This document shows positions 15,422 to 24,908 of a DNA stretch of 64,000 bases, piece after piece (the first letter of the stretch is position 1; every line of letters starts with the position of its first letter). The notes beneath the pieces are model-generated. The model made no database searches, was not told the origin of the DNA, and saw only the letters and a program-made list of their open reading frames with translations. The position numbers were made by a program, and so were the translations under genes. The stretch is taken from sequence record MT161459.1; one strand, written 5' to 3'.

Positions 15422-15969
15422 TGTTTTATCGCGCTAAAGATGTTACAGTTTCCGCTGACGAATTTGTTCGCTTGATTGATGCCAAAGTCGGCATGGTACT
15501 CTCAGTTCGATTGGATAAAGTTATGGTTGACTTTATCTATGACGGGATGTACAAACAAATCGACAATATTACAAACAGTGTGCTTGAACCTCGTTATTCG
15601 TTTAAGTCTGCTAATCCGGCAGAGACTATGATCCTGTTTATTAGTAGTGGCCGCGTGATCATGGATGTGCAGAATACCGTCACTCGAACCATCACTCGCT
15701 ACTCGGCCACCCCATCTAAGTTGGGTCTGACCAAGAAGGGCGCTTACTACGGTTTCTTGAACAAGGGCAAGACGATGGCTACTGGACGTCCCATTGACGT
15801 GGGCGATGTGCTCACTCGAACTAAATCGTCAGGTAGCGAGCTCTCTTATGAGGTCAAGTTGATCAACCGCACCAGTATGGTATGCGCTGTCGGAGATGAG
15901 TTCCGCACCATCAACTGGAAAGAGACTGAGGTCCTTGCTGCTCTCGGTGTCACGTTTATCCACGACTAA
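15418..15969 (+). CDS. paralogue family A member (MFYxxxD start)
   Basis: MFYRAKDV; RPIDVGDVLTRTKS shared with next gene. Confidence 0.7.
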   Translation: MMFYRAKDVTVSADEFVRLIDAKVGMVLSVRLDKVMVDFIYDGMYKQIDNITNSVLEPRYSFKSANPAETMILFISSGRVIMDVQNTVTRTITRYSATPSKLGLTKKGAYYGFLNKGKTMATGRPIDVGDVLTRTKSSGSELSYEVKLINRTSMVCAVGDEFRTINWKETEVLAALGVTFIHD

Positions 15970-15974
15970 AAATA

Positions 15975-16025
15975 AACCTCCTTCGGGAGGTTTTTTGTTG
16001 CCTTAGAGTTTAGAACCTGTAAAAT
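15975..16025 (+). terminator. terminator type A fused to early promoter (cassette repeated at 21549, 37788, 45964, 50913; terminator alone at 17224, 54331, 58223)
   Basis: ACCTCC-TTCG-GGAGGT + TTTTTGTTGCC whose TTGCC is a -35 box; -10 TAAAAT 16 nt later. Confidence 0.88.
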
Positions 16026-16050
16026 GATCGACATCAACTGAGGAGAACCT

Positions 16051-16614
16051 ATGTACTACAACAAATCGGATGTCAACCACTACCCATCGGAGTTCGTGCC
16101 GTTGGGCAAGAATCGAATGTACAAGCTATCGTTGGCGCATATCGAATCTGGATTTTTTACCCTATCGGATGTATTCAACGACGATCAATCCGGGTGTCGC
16201 GAGTATCACTTCAAGCACTTTAGTCGCGGATGGCAGTTTGTTGTTCTGACTGTATATCCCAACACCACATCGATCCGTGCCAAGATCTACAACGCGACGA
16301 GCGCGACTATCGCGTACGAATCTATTGATGTTCCGAAGAATCCGGTGCCTGGTCAATTCTACGTATCGAATGGCATATTGGGATTCGATTCCAGAGAACG
16401 AATCGATGTGGAAGGAGTCCGTCCAATCCAAGTTGGCGATACCGTCATTCGGAACAAAAGTGCCAGCACAAAGAAACAGACTAAAGAATGGACAGTCTGG
16501 GCCATCTCCCACAATGGCAATGAATTAGCATTGTCTCGTGGTGATAAGCAAGTAGTAATTCACGCAACCAATTCACAAGAAATGCAGGCATATGGCCTGA
16601 TCTGGAGCGAGTAA
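16051..16614 (+). CDS. paralogue family A member
   Basis: MYYNKSDV; RPIQVGDTVIRNKS; GAGGAG RBS. Confidence 0.75.
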   Translation: MYYNKSDVNHYPSEFVPLGKNRMYKLSLAHIESGFFTLSDVFNDDQSGCREYHFKHFSRGWQFVVLTVYPNTTSIRAKIYNATSATIAYESIDVPKNPVPGQFYVSNGILGFDSRERIDVEGVRPIQVGDTVIRNKSASTKKQTKEWTVWAISHNGNELALSRGDKQVVIHATNSQEMQAYGLIWSE

Positions 16615-17216
16615 TGTTTTACCATAAACGCGACTTTACCCCACATACCAACAACACAGTGTTCTGCATGCTGAAAGATATGAAGTCGGGCCACGTATTC
16701 CCAATGTTGGGAGATACCTGGATCCTCCAGAGTATCGATCAGCCTACCAAGAACAAATCCAGCGGCGATAGCGCTCCGCGGTATAAATTCCGGAACGCGG
16801 ATCTGACCAAGTCGTCTGTGCTGCACATCTCTCATGGGGAGGTTCACGTTGCAGTATTCGAGTGGCATTCAATGGAAACCGAGACTCACGTCTTGGCTCT
16901 GGCGGACCTTGGATTGAAGAAGTGCGGATCTTATTACGGTCGCGACTTTGTAATGAGTACAACCAAGGGCGTCATCACCGGCACTCCATATGAAGTAGAC
17001 GATCGTTTCGAAATCCGAGCTGCTGGCAAGCCGACTCGAAACGGGGTGGTACGAATGGTGACTGATAGATTCATGTTGGTGACCGACGAAGCTGGTGACC
17101 CTCTCGTATTCCGGAAAAGCGATTTCAGTACCATGAACCGACAAGGTATTGCGTTCCTGGACGAATCCAAATACGATCATCAGTTTACAACTCCTGGCTA
17201 TTTGGCCATAGATTGA
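16614..17216 (+). CDS. paralogue family A member
   Basis: MFYHKRDF; TAATG overlap. Confidence 0.7.
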   Translation: MFYHKRDFTPHTNNTVFCMLKDMKSGHVFPMLGDTWILQSIDQPTKNKSSGDSAPRYKFRNADLTKSSVLHISHGEVHVAVFEWHSMETETHVLALADLGLKKCGSYYGRDFVMSTTKGVITGTPYEVDDRFEIRAAGKPTRNGVVRMVTDRFMLVTDEAGDPLVFRKSDFSTMNRQGIAFLDESKYDHQFTTPGYLAID

Positions 17217-17379
17217 AAAAGTCAACCTCCTTCGGGAGGTTTTCTTTTATCTGTAGCATCAGATCTCAAATTGTAGCGTGTTATACCTGTGTATGAATCG
17301 TTTCTCATTAGCATCAGTACGATCTATCAGGTTAGCAATAGGATTCCGTATAGACGGTTATAGAGCGATGGAGCGTAGC

Positions 17380-17478
17380 GACATCTCCGACCGTAGGTCG
17401 GTAGGGGGACTTATAGAGTCTCTTTAAAGGGTATAAGGAGATTCTATTTCTCCCCCTTCGGGGAGTTCACTACGTTCA
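17380..17478. repeat. structured repeat copy 1 (53-bp core 17405-17457 identical to 54987-55039)
   Basis: GGGGACTTATAGAGTCTCTTTAAAGGGTATAAGGAGATTCTATTTCTCCCCCT within nested stems. Confidence 0.85.
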
Positions 17479-17499
17479 CTAAATAATTGTTTATAACCT

Positions 17500-17871
17500 A
17501 TGGTGAACTACATGACAATTGAAATCCTTAACTGGATTGGGCTGTTCGCTGTCATAGGGCTAGTGGGATCGGTACTACATCTGCACTGGTATCCAGACTC
17601 TAACGAGGCTCACCTCACCTACCTCCAAACCCGACTTGATGCTATCAATACTAAATTGGCAGACTACAATATCAAGCTCGAGATATGTGACAATCAGATC
17701 AGATTTGAGGTAATAGGGTGGCTCGCTACCTATGCAGTCGAGTTTAGACAATTGCAGTGTGTAACTGAATGGATGACGCCATCGGAAGCGTTCGCGCTAA
17801 CGCATTCATCTGATGGCATTGACGCGGTATCCATCTTCGAGCTGCTAAAACCAATCCCAGCTCTCTCGTAG
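17500..17871 (+). CDS. membrane-anchored hypothetical protein
   Basis: N-terminal TM; follows CTAAATA. Confidence 0.6.
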   Translation: MVNYMTIEILNWIGLFAVIGLVGSVLHLHWYPDSNEAHLTYLQTRLDAINTKLADYNIKLEICDNQIRFEVIGWLATYAVEFRQLQCVTEWMTPSEAFALTHSSDGIDAVSIFELLKPIPALS

Positions 17872-17890
17872 CTAAATAAGACCAAACTAC

Positions 17891-20800
17891 ATGGAGATTC
17901 AAATGAAGCTAAATCAAATGCTTGAGAGATCAGATGACCTGATGTACAAGCAATTCATCAACGAAAACACGCTGTACACCGACGAAACCAAAGAAGACTT
18001 CGTTGACGATGAATCCAAAATTGTCAACGCATTCGCAATGAATTTCGTTGGTATTCTAGGCGCGTACAACGCTGCCATCCAATCGAGCAATGATCGGAGC
18101 TTGAATCAGATCAAGCGGTACTTCAAGTCTGATGCATCGGTTCGTCCAGATGCAATTGGCGATACCAACCACAACATTAGTCTCGTCATCAAGTTGATGC
18201 GCGACAAGAAGATGTTTATTTCGGATGCGAAGGCGGTCCAGATGACACGCTTCTTAGCACTCGCCAAACAAGGCCAACTCGATCTGATTGATGATGCGAT
18301 CGTTCGCGATTGGGTCAATAATATCAAGCTCCCATCCATCACCAAAGCTGATAGCAAGATCAAAGACATCTTGATGAAGTTTAAAAATGATGTGTTTACG
18401 CTGGTAGACTCATCTCGAGAACTCAGACGCATTCGCGCGAAGGTGGGAAGTGTGTCTGATGAGTTCTGGAACGTCAGTAAGACTGTCCGGTACAAGACCA
18501 AAGGTGATGTTGAGCCAGAGACGTCCGAAGCTAAAGAAGCTCGCGATGCTAAAAAGGCTGCAGATGTAGAACCTGATGATGTGTCAGTTGTTACTCCAGT
18601 TGAACCTGAACCGGAAGTAGTTCCAGCTCCCCAAATGGGATTTGGATTGCCCGCAGATCCAATTCCGGCAGCTCCGACCGCGAATGTTGAACCGGAAGTG
18701 GTTCCAGATCCTGAACCAGAAGCTGCAGTTGTCCCAGCAGCATTGGTTGATGATCCGGAGTTGGTCCAAGATCGAGAACTGCGTCGCCGAATTGCCGACT
18801 ACTTCATTGCTCGTATCAATTCAGGCATGGACGGATTCCGTCTGGGATCTACCGTCGATCGCGCATATAAGATGGAACGAGATAAGAAAGAAGATCCTAT
18901 GTTCTTGGTTCGCGACATCGTTGATGATAAATCTCCAAATGCTGATCAGCGCGTTTCAGATCTTGAAACGAAAGCTGTTGCTATCATGTCAAGTTTAGCG
19001 TCCGCGGTTGGCCGATTCACTCAGTTTACAGACGCTTCTGTGAATGGGATCGATCTGACTAGTACCGATCTGCCATACGCTAGCGATTTCCGTGGGATTG
19101 CGGCCATGATTGGTACTGAACTACGTAGAAATCCAAAGCTCGCGTTCTCCGGTTCGATCACGAACTATATGACCAACGTTACGTTGCCGTACGATAAGGT
19201 CAGCTCATACTTCGGCATCAGCTCTCGTGAATACTACCACATGATGTTGGGAAATCCTGGAGTGTCCGTTACTCTGATGGATGACATCAGAAGTCCGTAT
19301 AACTTCACCATCGACGGTCTATTCACAGCAATTGCTCGTTCGTCGTCCGAAGACGATCGCAGCAAGTTCGCAAGTCTGATGCCTGACGTAGTGGAAGCAT
19401 ATTTCATACACAAGGCTCCGGACGTTCTGAATCTAGCTGGTACTGGATTGGTGCATGACTATGCGAAGTTTGCTCAGTATGGAATCCTGGGCAACGTGTA
19501 CAAGACGTACTCCGATACTCTGACGGCCCAATGGACCAAGATCAAGGACTCCGGATTTGATCGCAGCTTTGTAACTAGCGTCCCGAGAATGGTGAACATG
19601 ACCGCGCTGTTGATGGAGTGGGGCCAGCCTGATTTGTTGAAAGGATCTATCGCGGTATTGGCCACGATCAACGCACTCGACGACGCTGCCTTCACGGAAG
19701 CTACCGGTAGTCTGCTGATGATGGGCGAGCGTCTGATGACTGCGTGTATGGAAATTGGATCTCCGAGAATGGTTGAAGAGATCGAAGACATGATGATCCG
19801 CAATCTGAAGTTGGGCAATTTCTTCACAGCAACAGACTTCCAGCTTGTAACGGACAAGCAGATGGATCACCTGATGAAGGGTCATAAGGATGATGTGGAA
19901 CGTATCAGACAAACGATGTTCGACTATATTAGCAATGTGTCTCCGTCCAAGCTGAATAAGCTGAATGCAATCGGGTCGTATCTGATGGATGCCAATTCTC
20001 CGAGCAAGTCCATCGAACAGATCGTTAACCACGTATCTGAACACATCGATCCGAGTCTCCAAGGTCCGGTCCTGAATGCGCTGTTCGCTCGCCTGGGGTA
20101 CATTACCAATGCTGAGGCCAGAACTGAAATGTTCCTGACCATCCACGAGATGACGGACAAAGTCATGCCGCCACCTGCGGACTACTACGAGACGGTTGGT
20201 AGATATGTTCTCGAGGGGAAACAAGCGGTGCGATTCTTGAAGTTGGATCTGTCCCGAAATGGATTCATCTCCAAACTGGCTGGCGACATCAAAGGTCGCG
20301 AAGACAAGGCTATGTTCAAAGATGCTTTGTTTGACATGGCGTGGGACGCACTCGAATTGGATCCTGCGGTAGCTGATGAGTTCTACAACTCACTGCCGAC
20401 TGCCGACAAGACCAAGTTCCGTAACCGCGTATCGTCTGCAGGTGCGGTATCAGCTCAACTGGGTAGTGGTTTGATTGAGTTGGGTGCGAAGCTAGATGCG
20501 CATCGCATCAAAGAGATCTTCACGTACAACGATCTGGATGCGGATGCCATTGCAGCTGCGTATGACCTGAAAGCGAACAAGAACGAGAAGTTTTCCGAGT
20601 ATGCAGAGCGCGTCAACGTTGCATCCAGAGAGAAATCTCCGTTGATTGAGCCAGCAATCGAGGATCTGAATCTGACTCCTGCTGAGATGGCAGCTAAGGC
20701 AGATTTCATGATCAAGAATCATCACGCTGGGAAGCACGGTAACGTTTACCCGAAGATTACGCGTGCATTTGCTGTGAAGCTGCCAGACGAAGCGTTCCAG

Positions 20801-21544
20801 AAGTTCCGGAACGAGATGATTGCTCGAAATCTGAACGATAGCGTTGTGCCAGCATATCACGGAACTGGTGGTGTGGCAGCAAGCATGATTCTCCGTTACG
20901 GATTCAAGGTAATCAGCGCCAAGGATCAGTCCGTAGTCGGACGTGCCATCGGCGACGGTATCTACTTCAGTAACAAGATCGATAAGGTGCTACAGTACGT
21001 TGGGAATGCCGGATTCACTCGTGGTGTTGGAACCAAGGGATACATCTTTGAGATGGATACTACGTTGGGCCAACCGCATGTTGATTTCCAATCCGCTGGA
21101 TTTGAAGGATCTACCGACGTGGACGCAAACTTCATCTCTCCGGAGTGGGCAGTGTTCAATCCAGGAGCTCAACTGAAAATCCTGAAATGCTATGAGGTGG
21201 AAATCGTTACCAAGAAGGATGCTGATGCCCTGATTGCTCGCGATCTGATTGTGTCCGAGAGTCGCAAGAATTTTGCGAATTTCTTGACAGAAGCGAAGGC
21301 CGGAAACACCAACGCGATCACGTACAGATTCTTCGACAATCGAATCCCTGTCATTCGCGATGGCAAGTTGCGCATCGTTCGTGCTGAGGATTTTGAGCAT
21401 TGTGGATCCAAGGTGATTCGCGCATACTCCGACGGCAAGATTGCTACGGTAGTTATCAAGAACCCGAAGACTATGGTAATCGATACGATGCTGCGCAAGA
21501 TGTCAACGAAGGATGTTGAGACTTTCAATAACCTGATGTGCTAA
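17891..21544 (+). CDS. large putative virion protein with C-terminal PARP-like (H-Y-E) ADP-ribosyltransferase domain
   Basis: YHGT..A.SMILRYGF, GDGIYF...KVLQY, SPEWAVF; Pro/Glu-rich linker; CTAAATA upstream; start may be ATG 17903. Confidence 0.75.
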   Translation: MEIQMKLNQMLERSDDLMYKQFINENTLYTDETKEDFVDDESKIVNAFAMNFVGILGAYNAAIQSSNDRSLNQIKRYFKSDASVRPDAIGDTNHNISLVIKLMRDKKMFISDAKAVQMTRFLALAKQGQLDLIDDAIVRDWVNNIKLPSITKADSKIKDILMKFKNDVFTLVDSSRELRRIRAKVGSVSDEFWNVSKTVRYKTKGDVEPETSEAKEARDAKKAADVEPDDVSVVTPVEPEPEVVPAPQMGFGLPADPIPAAPTANVEPEVVPDPEPEAAVVPAALVDDPELVQDRELRRRIADYFIARINSGMDGFRLGSTVDRAYKMERDKKEDPMFLVRDIVDDKSPNADQRVSDLETKAVAIMSSLASAVGRFTQFTDASVNGIDLTSTDLPYASDFRGIAAMIGTELRRNPKLAFSGSITNYMTNVTLPYDKVSSYFGISSREYYHMMLGNPGVSVTLMDDIRSPYNFTIDGLFTAIARSSSEDDRSKFASLMPDVVEAYFIHKAPDVLNLAGTGLVHDYAKFAQYGILGNVYKTYSDTLTAQWTKIKDSGFDRSFVTSVPRMVNMTALLMEWGQPDLLKGSIAVLATINALDDAAFTEATGSLLMMGERLMTACMEIGSPRMVEEIEDMMIRNLKLGNFFTATDFQLVTDKQMDHLMKGHKDDVERIRQTMFDYISNVSPSKLNKLNAIGSYLMDANSPSKSIEQIVNHVSEHIDPSLQGPVLNALFARLGYITNAEARTEMFLTIHEMTDKVMPPPADYYETVGRYVLEGKQAVRFLKLDLSRNGFISKLAGDIKGREDKAMFKDALFDMAWDALELDPAVADEFYNSLPTADKTKFRNRVSSAGAVSAQLGSGLIELGAKLDAHRIKEIFTYNDLDADAIAAAYDLKANKNEKFSEYAERVNVASREKSPLIEPAIEDLNLTPAEMAAKADFMIKNHHAGKHGNVYPKITRAFAVKLPDEAFQKFRNEMIARNLNDSVVPAYHGTGGVAASMILRYGFKVISAKDQSVVGRAIGDGIYFSNKIDKVLQYVGNAGFTRGVGTKGYIFEMDTTLGQPHVDFQSAGFEGSTDVDANFISPEWAVFNPGAQLKILKCYEVEIVTKKDADALIARDLIVSESRKNFANFLTEAKAGNTNAITYRFFDNRIPVIRDGKLRIVRAEDFEHCGSKVIRAYSDGKIATVVIKNPKTMVIDTMLRKMSTKDVETFNNLMC

Positions 21545-21571
21545 CCAAAACCTCCTTCGGGAGGTTTTTTG

Positions 21572-21600
21572 TTGCCTATTGATAAGTCATCGCTGATAAT
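21572..21600 (+). promoter_or_regulatory. early promoter in terminator cassette
   Basis: TTGCCT-17-GATAAT. Confidence 0.7.
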
Positions 21601-21628
21601 AGCCGAACCTAATCTAAGGAGTTATCTC

Positions 21629-22333
21629 ATGGGTAAGAAAATCCTAAAGACTGACAAACTAGCATGCATCGATCGTCGGATCGCGCACATTCGCAAAAGT
21701 GTGACTACGAACGTCGAGTTGTTCTCGTTTGTGCACACGTTGACCACAAATCAAGATGCGATGCTTCGTGGAAAGAGCTTCTTGAGCCTAATAGCTCCAC
21801 TGGTTTCCGGTCACGAGAATCGCCCACATAAACGCTGGTATCCCGGCCATGCAGTCAATTCAATATTTCAGATGGGACAGACCGCATCATTTGAATTGAC
21901 TATGATTCCGGATAATGGGGTTCCGGTAGTCCGAGTGGTAACCGCTATTCACGGATCTCAACGCGGTAACCAGCTGGACGTTATTGTCCATTTGTATCGA
22001 CTGCTGGCTGCAATTTTCCATGTCCGCGTTCACGTGACGGACGAAAAGGCAACCATCTTGGTATCCGTGGATCCGACATTCAATTCAGCCGCGCTTGATG
22101 CGCAATCTGAATTTGGATCTGACGTTGACTTCCTCGAGAGTGTCATCAAGCAAGCCAACGAAGCGCACAAAGTGGTACTCCGGACTGAGGATGAGATCCG
22201 CACTCTGAATGCGCGACTCTCTATAGAGCGATCGCAATACAACCATTTGTCCAGCTTGGCCAATTCACACGCCGCTAAGCGACATCGAGTCAAACTGGTA
22301 TCCGAAATCATCAACAAACCTGTGAGGTCATAA
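21629..22333 (+). CDS. hypothetical protein, C-terminal coiled coil
   Basis: AAGGAG RBS. Confidence 0.7.
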   Translation: MGKKILKTDKLACIDRRIAHIRKSVTTNVELFSFVHTLTTNQDAMLRGKSFLSLIAPLVSGHENRPHKRWYPGHAVNSIFQMGQTASFELTMIPDNGVPVVRVVTAIHGSQRGNQLDVIVHLYRLLAAIFHVRVHVTDEKATILVSVDPTFNSAALDAQSEFGSDVDFLESVIKQANEAHKVVLRTEDEIRTLNARLSIERSQYNHLSSLANSHAAKRHRVKLVSEIINKPVRS

Positions 22334-22662
22334 TGCCACTACTCGTTACTTTCATCATCACCGCCACCGTTTTCGGATTGGCTTGGCTCGTGTGGTCATA
22401 TACCAAATCCCGATATGATGCTATCGCGTGGCTCGTTGATAACAATGAAGCCATTCAATCTCAACTGTCAGCGTTGACTCCGCCAATCGTTATGGCGTAC
22501 GGTCATAATTCGGTATCATTCGAATCTGATGGATGGGTCGTATCTAACTTGGATCTGATCGCGGCGTCTAAAGCACTGTGTAAAGTTCGAGATGGAGCCG
22601 ATCCACACAAAACGCTTCTCATCAAACTTGATGCTCGGAAGCCGTTTAAAGTTCCGGAATGA
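22333..22662 (+). CDS. membrane-anchored hypothetical protein
   Basis: N-terminal TM; TAATG overlap. Confidence 0.6.
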   Translation: MPLLVTFIITATVFGLAWLVWSYTKSRYDAIAWLVDNNEAIQSQLSALTPPIVMAYGHNSVSFESDGWVVSNLDLIAASKALCKVRDGADPHKTLLIKLDARKPFKVPE

Positions 22663-22868
22663 TCGTTGATATCAGCGGGAAATCGAAGGAGGAGGTATTG
22701 GACAACTGGAATCAATACCTCCTCGGAAATAAATCGTTTGACGTTAAGTATATTCCTGTGTACTGTACTCCTCAGACGGTTAAGCTAGCACAACCGCAGG
22801 TTAGCAACCAAACAGTTATTGCTGATCACGTAGAACCTAATCCATATTGGAGATCGCCAAGACAATGA
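22659..22868 (+). CDS. hypothetical protein
   Basis: ATGA overlap. Confidence 0.55.
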   Translation: MIVDISGKSKEEVLDNWNQYLLGNKSFDVKYIPVYCTPQTVKLAQPQVSNQTVIADHVEPNPYWRSPRQ

Positions 22869-23191
22869 TCTTAGAACCTAATGCAGTAATATTGCCCGAA
22901 CACATTCAACGCCTCGAGTATCGTTTTGGCGAGGATTTGACTGACATCGGCCTGCAATACAACGTCAGTACCATTTGCGGCTTTATGTGGGGATGCCCTG
23001 CATTGGCCAAATACGCTCCGGCGTACCAACAACGTCTCGATGAAGATAAGCAGTGCACATCTTTGTCTGATGTCTACGAAGATTTCTCTCGAGAAGAATA
23101 CTGGGAGTTCTGGGCTCTGTTGTGCAACGGCATTCCGCGGTACAAAGAGAGATTCATTGCGCTGTTCAACGAGAATATGGTGGACGAATGA
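22865..23191 (+). CDS. hypothetical protein
   Basis: ATGA overlap. Confidence 0.6.
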   Translation: MILEPNAVILPEHIQRLEYRFGEDLTDIGLQYNVSTICGFMWGCPALAKYAPAYQQRLDEDKQCTSLSDVYEDFSREEYWEFWALLCNGIPRYKERFIALFNENMVDE

Positions 23192-23427
23192 AAAACGTAA
23201 TCATCGCGCTCGGCGCACTGCTTCTGGTTGGTTGTGACAGCTACTCCAAATCATTGGATTCGGACTACACGCTCCCACCCGAACTGAGCGATTGTAAGAT
23301 CGTGAAGCTCGTTGGATCTGGAATGTCCAAAGATCTATATGTAGTCCGTTGCCCAAACAGCTCGACCACTACTCGGTATCACTGCGGCAAGAGCTGCGAA
23401 CAGTCTGTCACTACTGTCGACTACTAG
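23188..23427 (+). CDS. putative lipoprotein
   Basis: Lipobox LLVGC; additional Cys pairs. Confidence 0.7.
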   Translation: MKNVIIALGALLLVGCDSYSKSLDSDYTLPPELSDCKIVKLVGSGMSKDLYVVRCPNSSTTTRYHCGKSCEQSVTTVDY

Positions 23428-23435
23428 GAGGACTA

Positions 23436-24422
23436 ATGTCCCAACAACTGAACGTTATCATGAAGACCGTGTTTGGTTCGCACCTCTACGGCCTCAGCAC
23501 TCCAGAGTCGGATATGGATTTCAAAGGAGTGTTTATCCCGACAGCTCGAGAGATCATCTTGGGTGGTCGTGACGTATACAACGTATCGACTGGCGGTAGT
23601 GGCAAGAACACTGCCGAAGATACTGATACTGAAATGATGAGCCTACGTCAGTTCCTGAAACTGGCTTTCAAAGGCGAGACTATGTGCATCGATATGCTCC
23701 ATGCACCTAGTCACCACTTGGTAGAGACGACTGGATTGTGGGAGTTCATCCACGATCATCGCGAGATGTTCTACACGACCAAGATGGACGCCTTCCTAGG
23801 CTATGTGCGGAAGCAGGCAACAAAGTACGGCGTCAAAGGTACACGTCTGGCTGCTCTCGAGCGTGTCATGACTGTGATCAAAAGTGTTCCAGCCGATCAG
23901 CATGGTTACAAACTGCGCAGCTTCGTGGAGTTCCTGCCGAAGGACGAATTCACATTCTGTGGTGCGGAAGTGTCACGAACTGGCGAAACTGTATCGTTCT
24001 ACGAGGTACTTGGTCGCAAATACCTGTATGGGATCAAATTCTCTGAATTTGCTCAACAGGTGCAAAAGATCTGGGACGAGTATGGCGATCGAGCTCGTAA
24101 GGCCAAAGAGCAGGTGGGCGTAGACTGGAAGGCACTCTCCCACGCTGTGCGTGGTGGCGAGCAGCTTCTAGAGATCTATCAGACTGGCGATCTCAACTTC
24201 CCGCTGAAACATCGCGAGTATATCCTCGACGTCAAGTTGGGTAAGCGGAGTCTCGTGGATGATGTTCAGCCGTACCTCGAGTACCTGACTGATGAGGTCG
24301 AGAAAGCTGCTGTCATAGCTGGAAAGAACGGTATGCGCGACAAAGTTGATGTAGACTTCTGGAATAAGTTTCTGTACGATACTTATGTCGATGTGATCAA
24401 ATCCACTAAGGAGTTTGTATGA
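23436..24422 (+). CDS. Pol-beta superfamily nucleotidyltransferase (RlaP-like, T4 NrdC.11-like)
   Basis: FGSHLYGLSTPESDMDFKGVF (GS..YG...SD.D), DWKALSHAVR. Confidence 0.85.
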   Translation: MSQQLNVIMKTVFGSHLYGLSTPESDMDFKGVFIPTAREIILGGRDVYNVSTGGSGKNTAEDTDTEMMSLRQFLKLAFKGETMCIDMLHAPSHHLVETTGLWEFIHDHREMFYTTKMDAFLGYVRKQATKYGVKGTRLAALERVMTVIKSVPADQHGYKLRSFVEFLPKDEFTFCGAEVSRTGETVSFYEVLGRKYLYGIKFSEFAQQVQKIWDEYGDRARKAKEQVGVDWKALSHAVRGGEQLLEIYQTGDLNFPLKHREYILDVKLGKRSLVDDVQPYLEYLTDEVEKAAVIAGKNGMRDKVDVDFWNKFLYDTYVDVIKSTKEFV

Positions 24423-24670
24423 CTGACTTGACTGATGACGGGCTAACCGTGACTGGTGAGCTGACGATGGAACGGAAGACGTGGTCCGATAAGGAACTGC
24501 ACCTAGTTCCGATCAACCACGAACACGCTTTTATTGTGCCGAAAATGTATGAGCTGGATGTTGACAAAATCCAAGATCTCGATGACGTTAAGTCAGTCCT
24601 CCGAGCTCTGCAGATTCAATTTTCTGATCACTGTCATGGGTTTGCGAGCGTTGCTCATCTACTCAAATGA
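24419..24670 (+). CDS. hypothetical protein
   Basis: ATGA overlap. Confidence 0.55.
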   Translation: MTDLTDDGLTVTGELTMERKTWSDKELHLVPINHEHAFIVPKMYELDVDKIQDLDDVKSVLRALQIQFSDHCHGFASVAHLLK

Positions 24671-24885
24671 ATGAGTTGATCGATCTAGTGAGCCCAGTAA
24701 CTGCTGGGCTTATTATGACTCTCTGGCCGATCCCAACTGCTATTATTGCGATGTTGTTTACAAAGCTGATAGAGCGCAGGATAATCCAGGGAGTGTTTAA
24801 CGGCTACATGGACGCCATTCGAAATCCAGTATTTCTGATCGTGTTCTGGTTAGTAGTCATCGTTATGTGTGTCGGTTCACATTAA
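24667..24885 (+). CDS. small membrane protein
   Basis: Two hydrophobic segments. Confidence 0.55.
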   Translation: MNELIDLVSPVTAGLIMTLWPIPTAIIAMLFTKLIERRIIQGVFNGYMDAIRNPVFLIVFWLVVIVMCVGSH

Positions 24886-24908
24886 CCGTCAATCCAAAAG
24901 GAAGTTAA

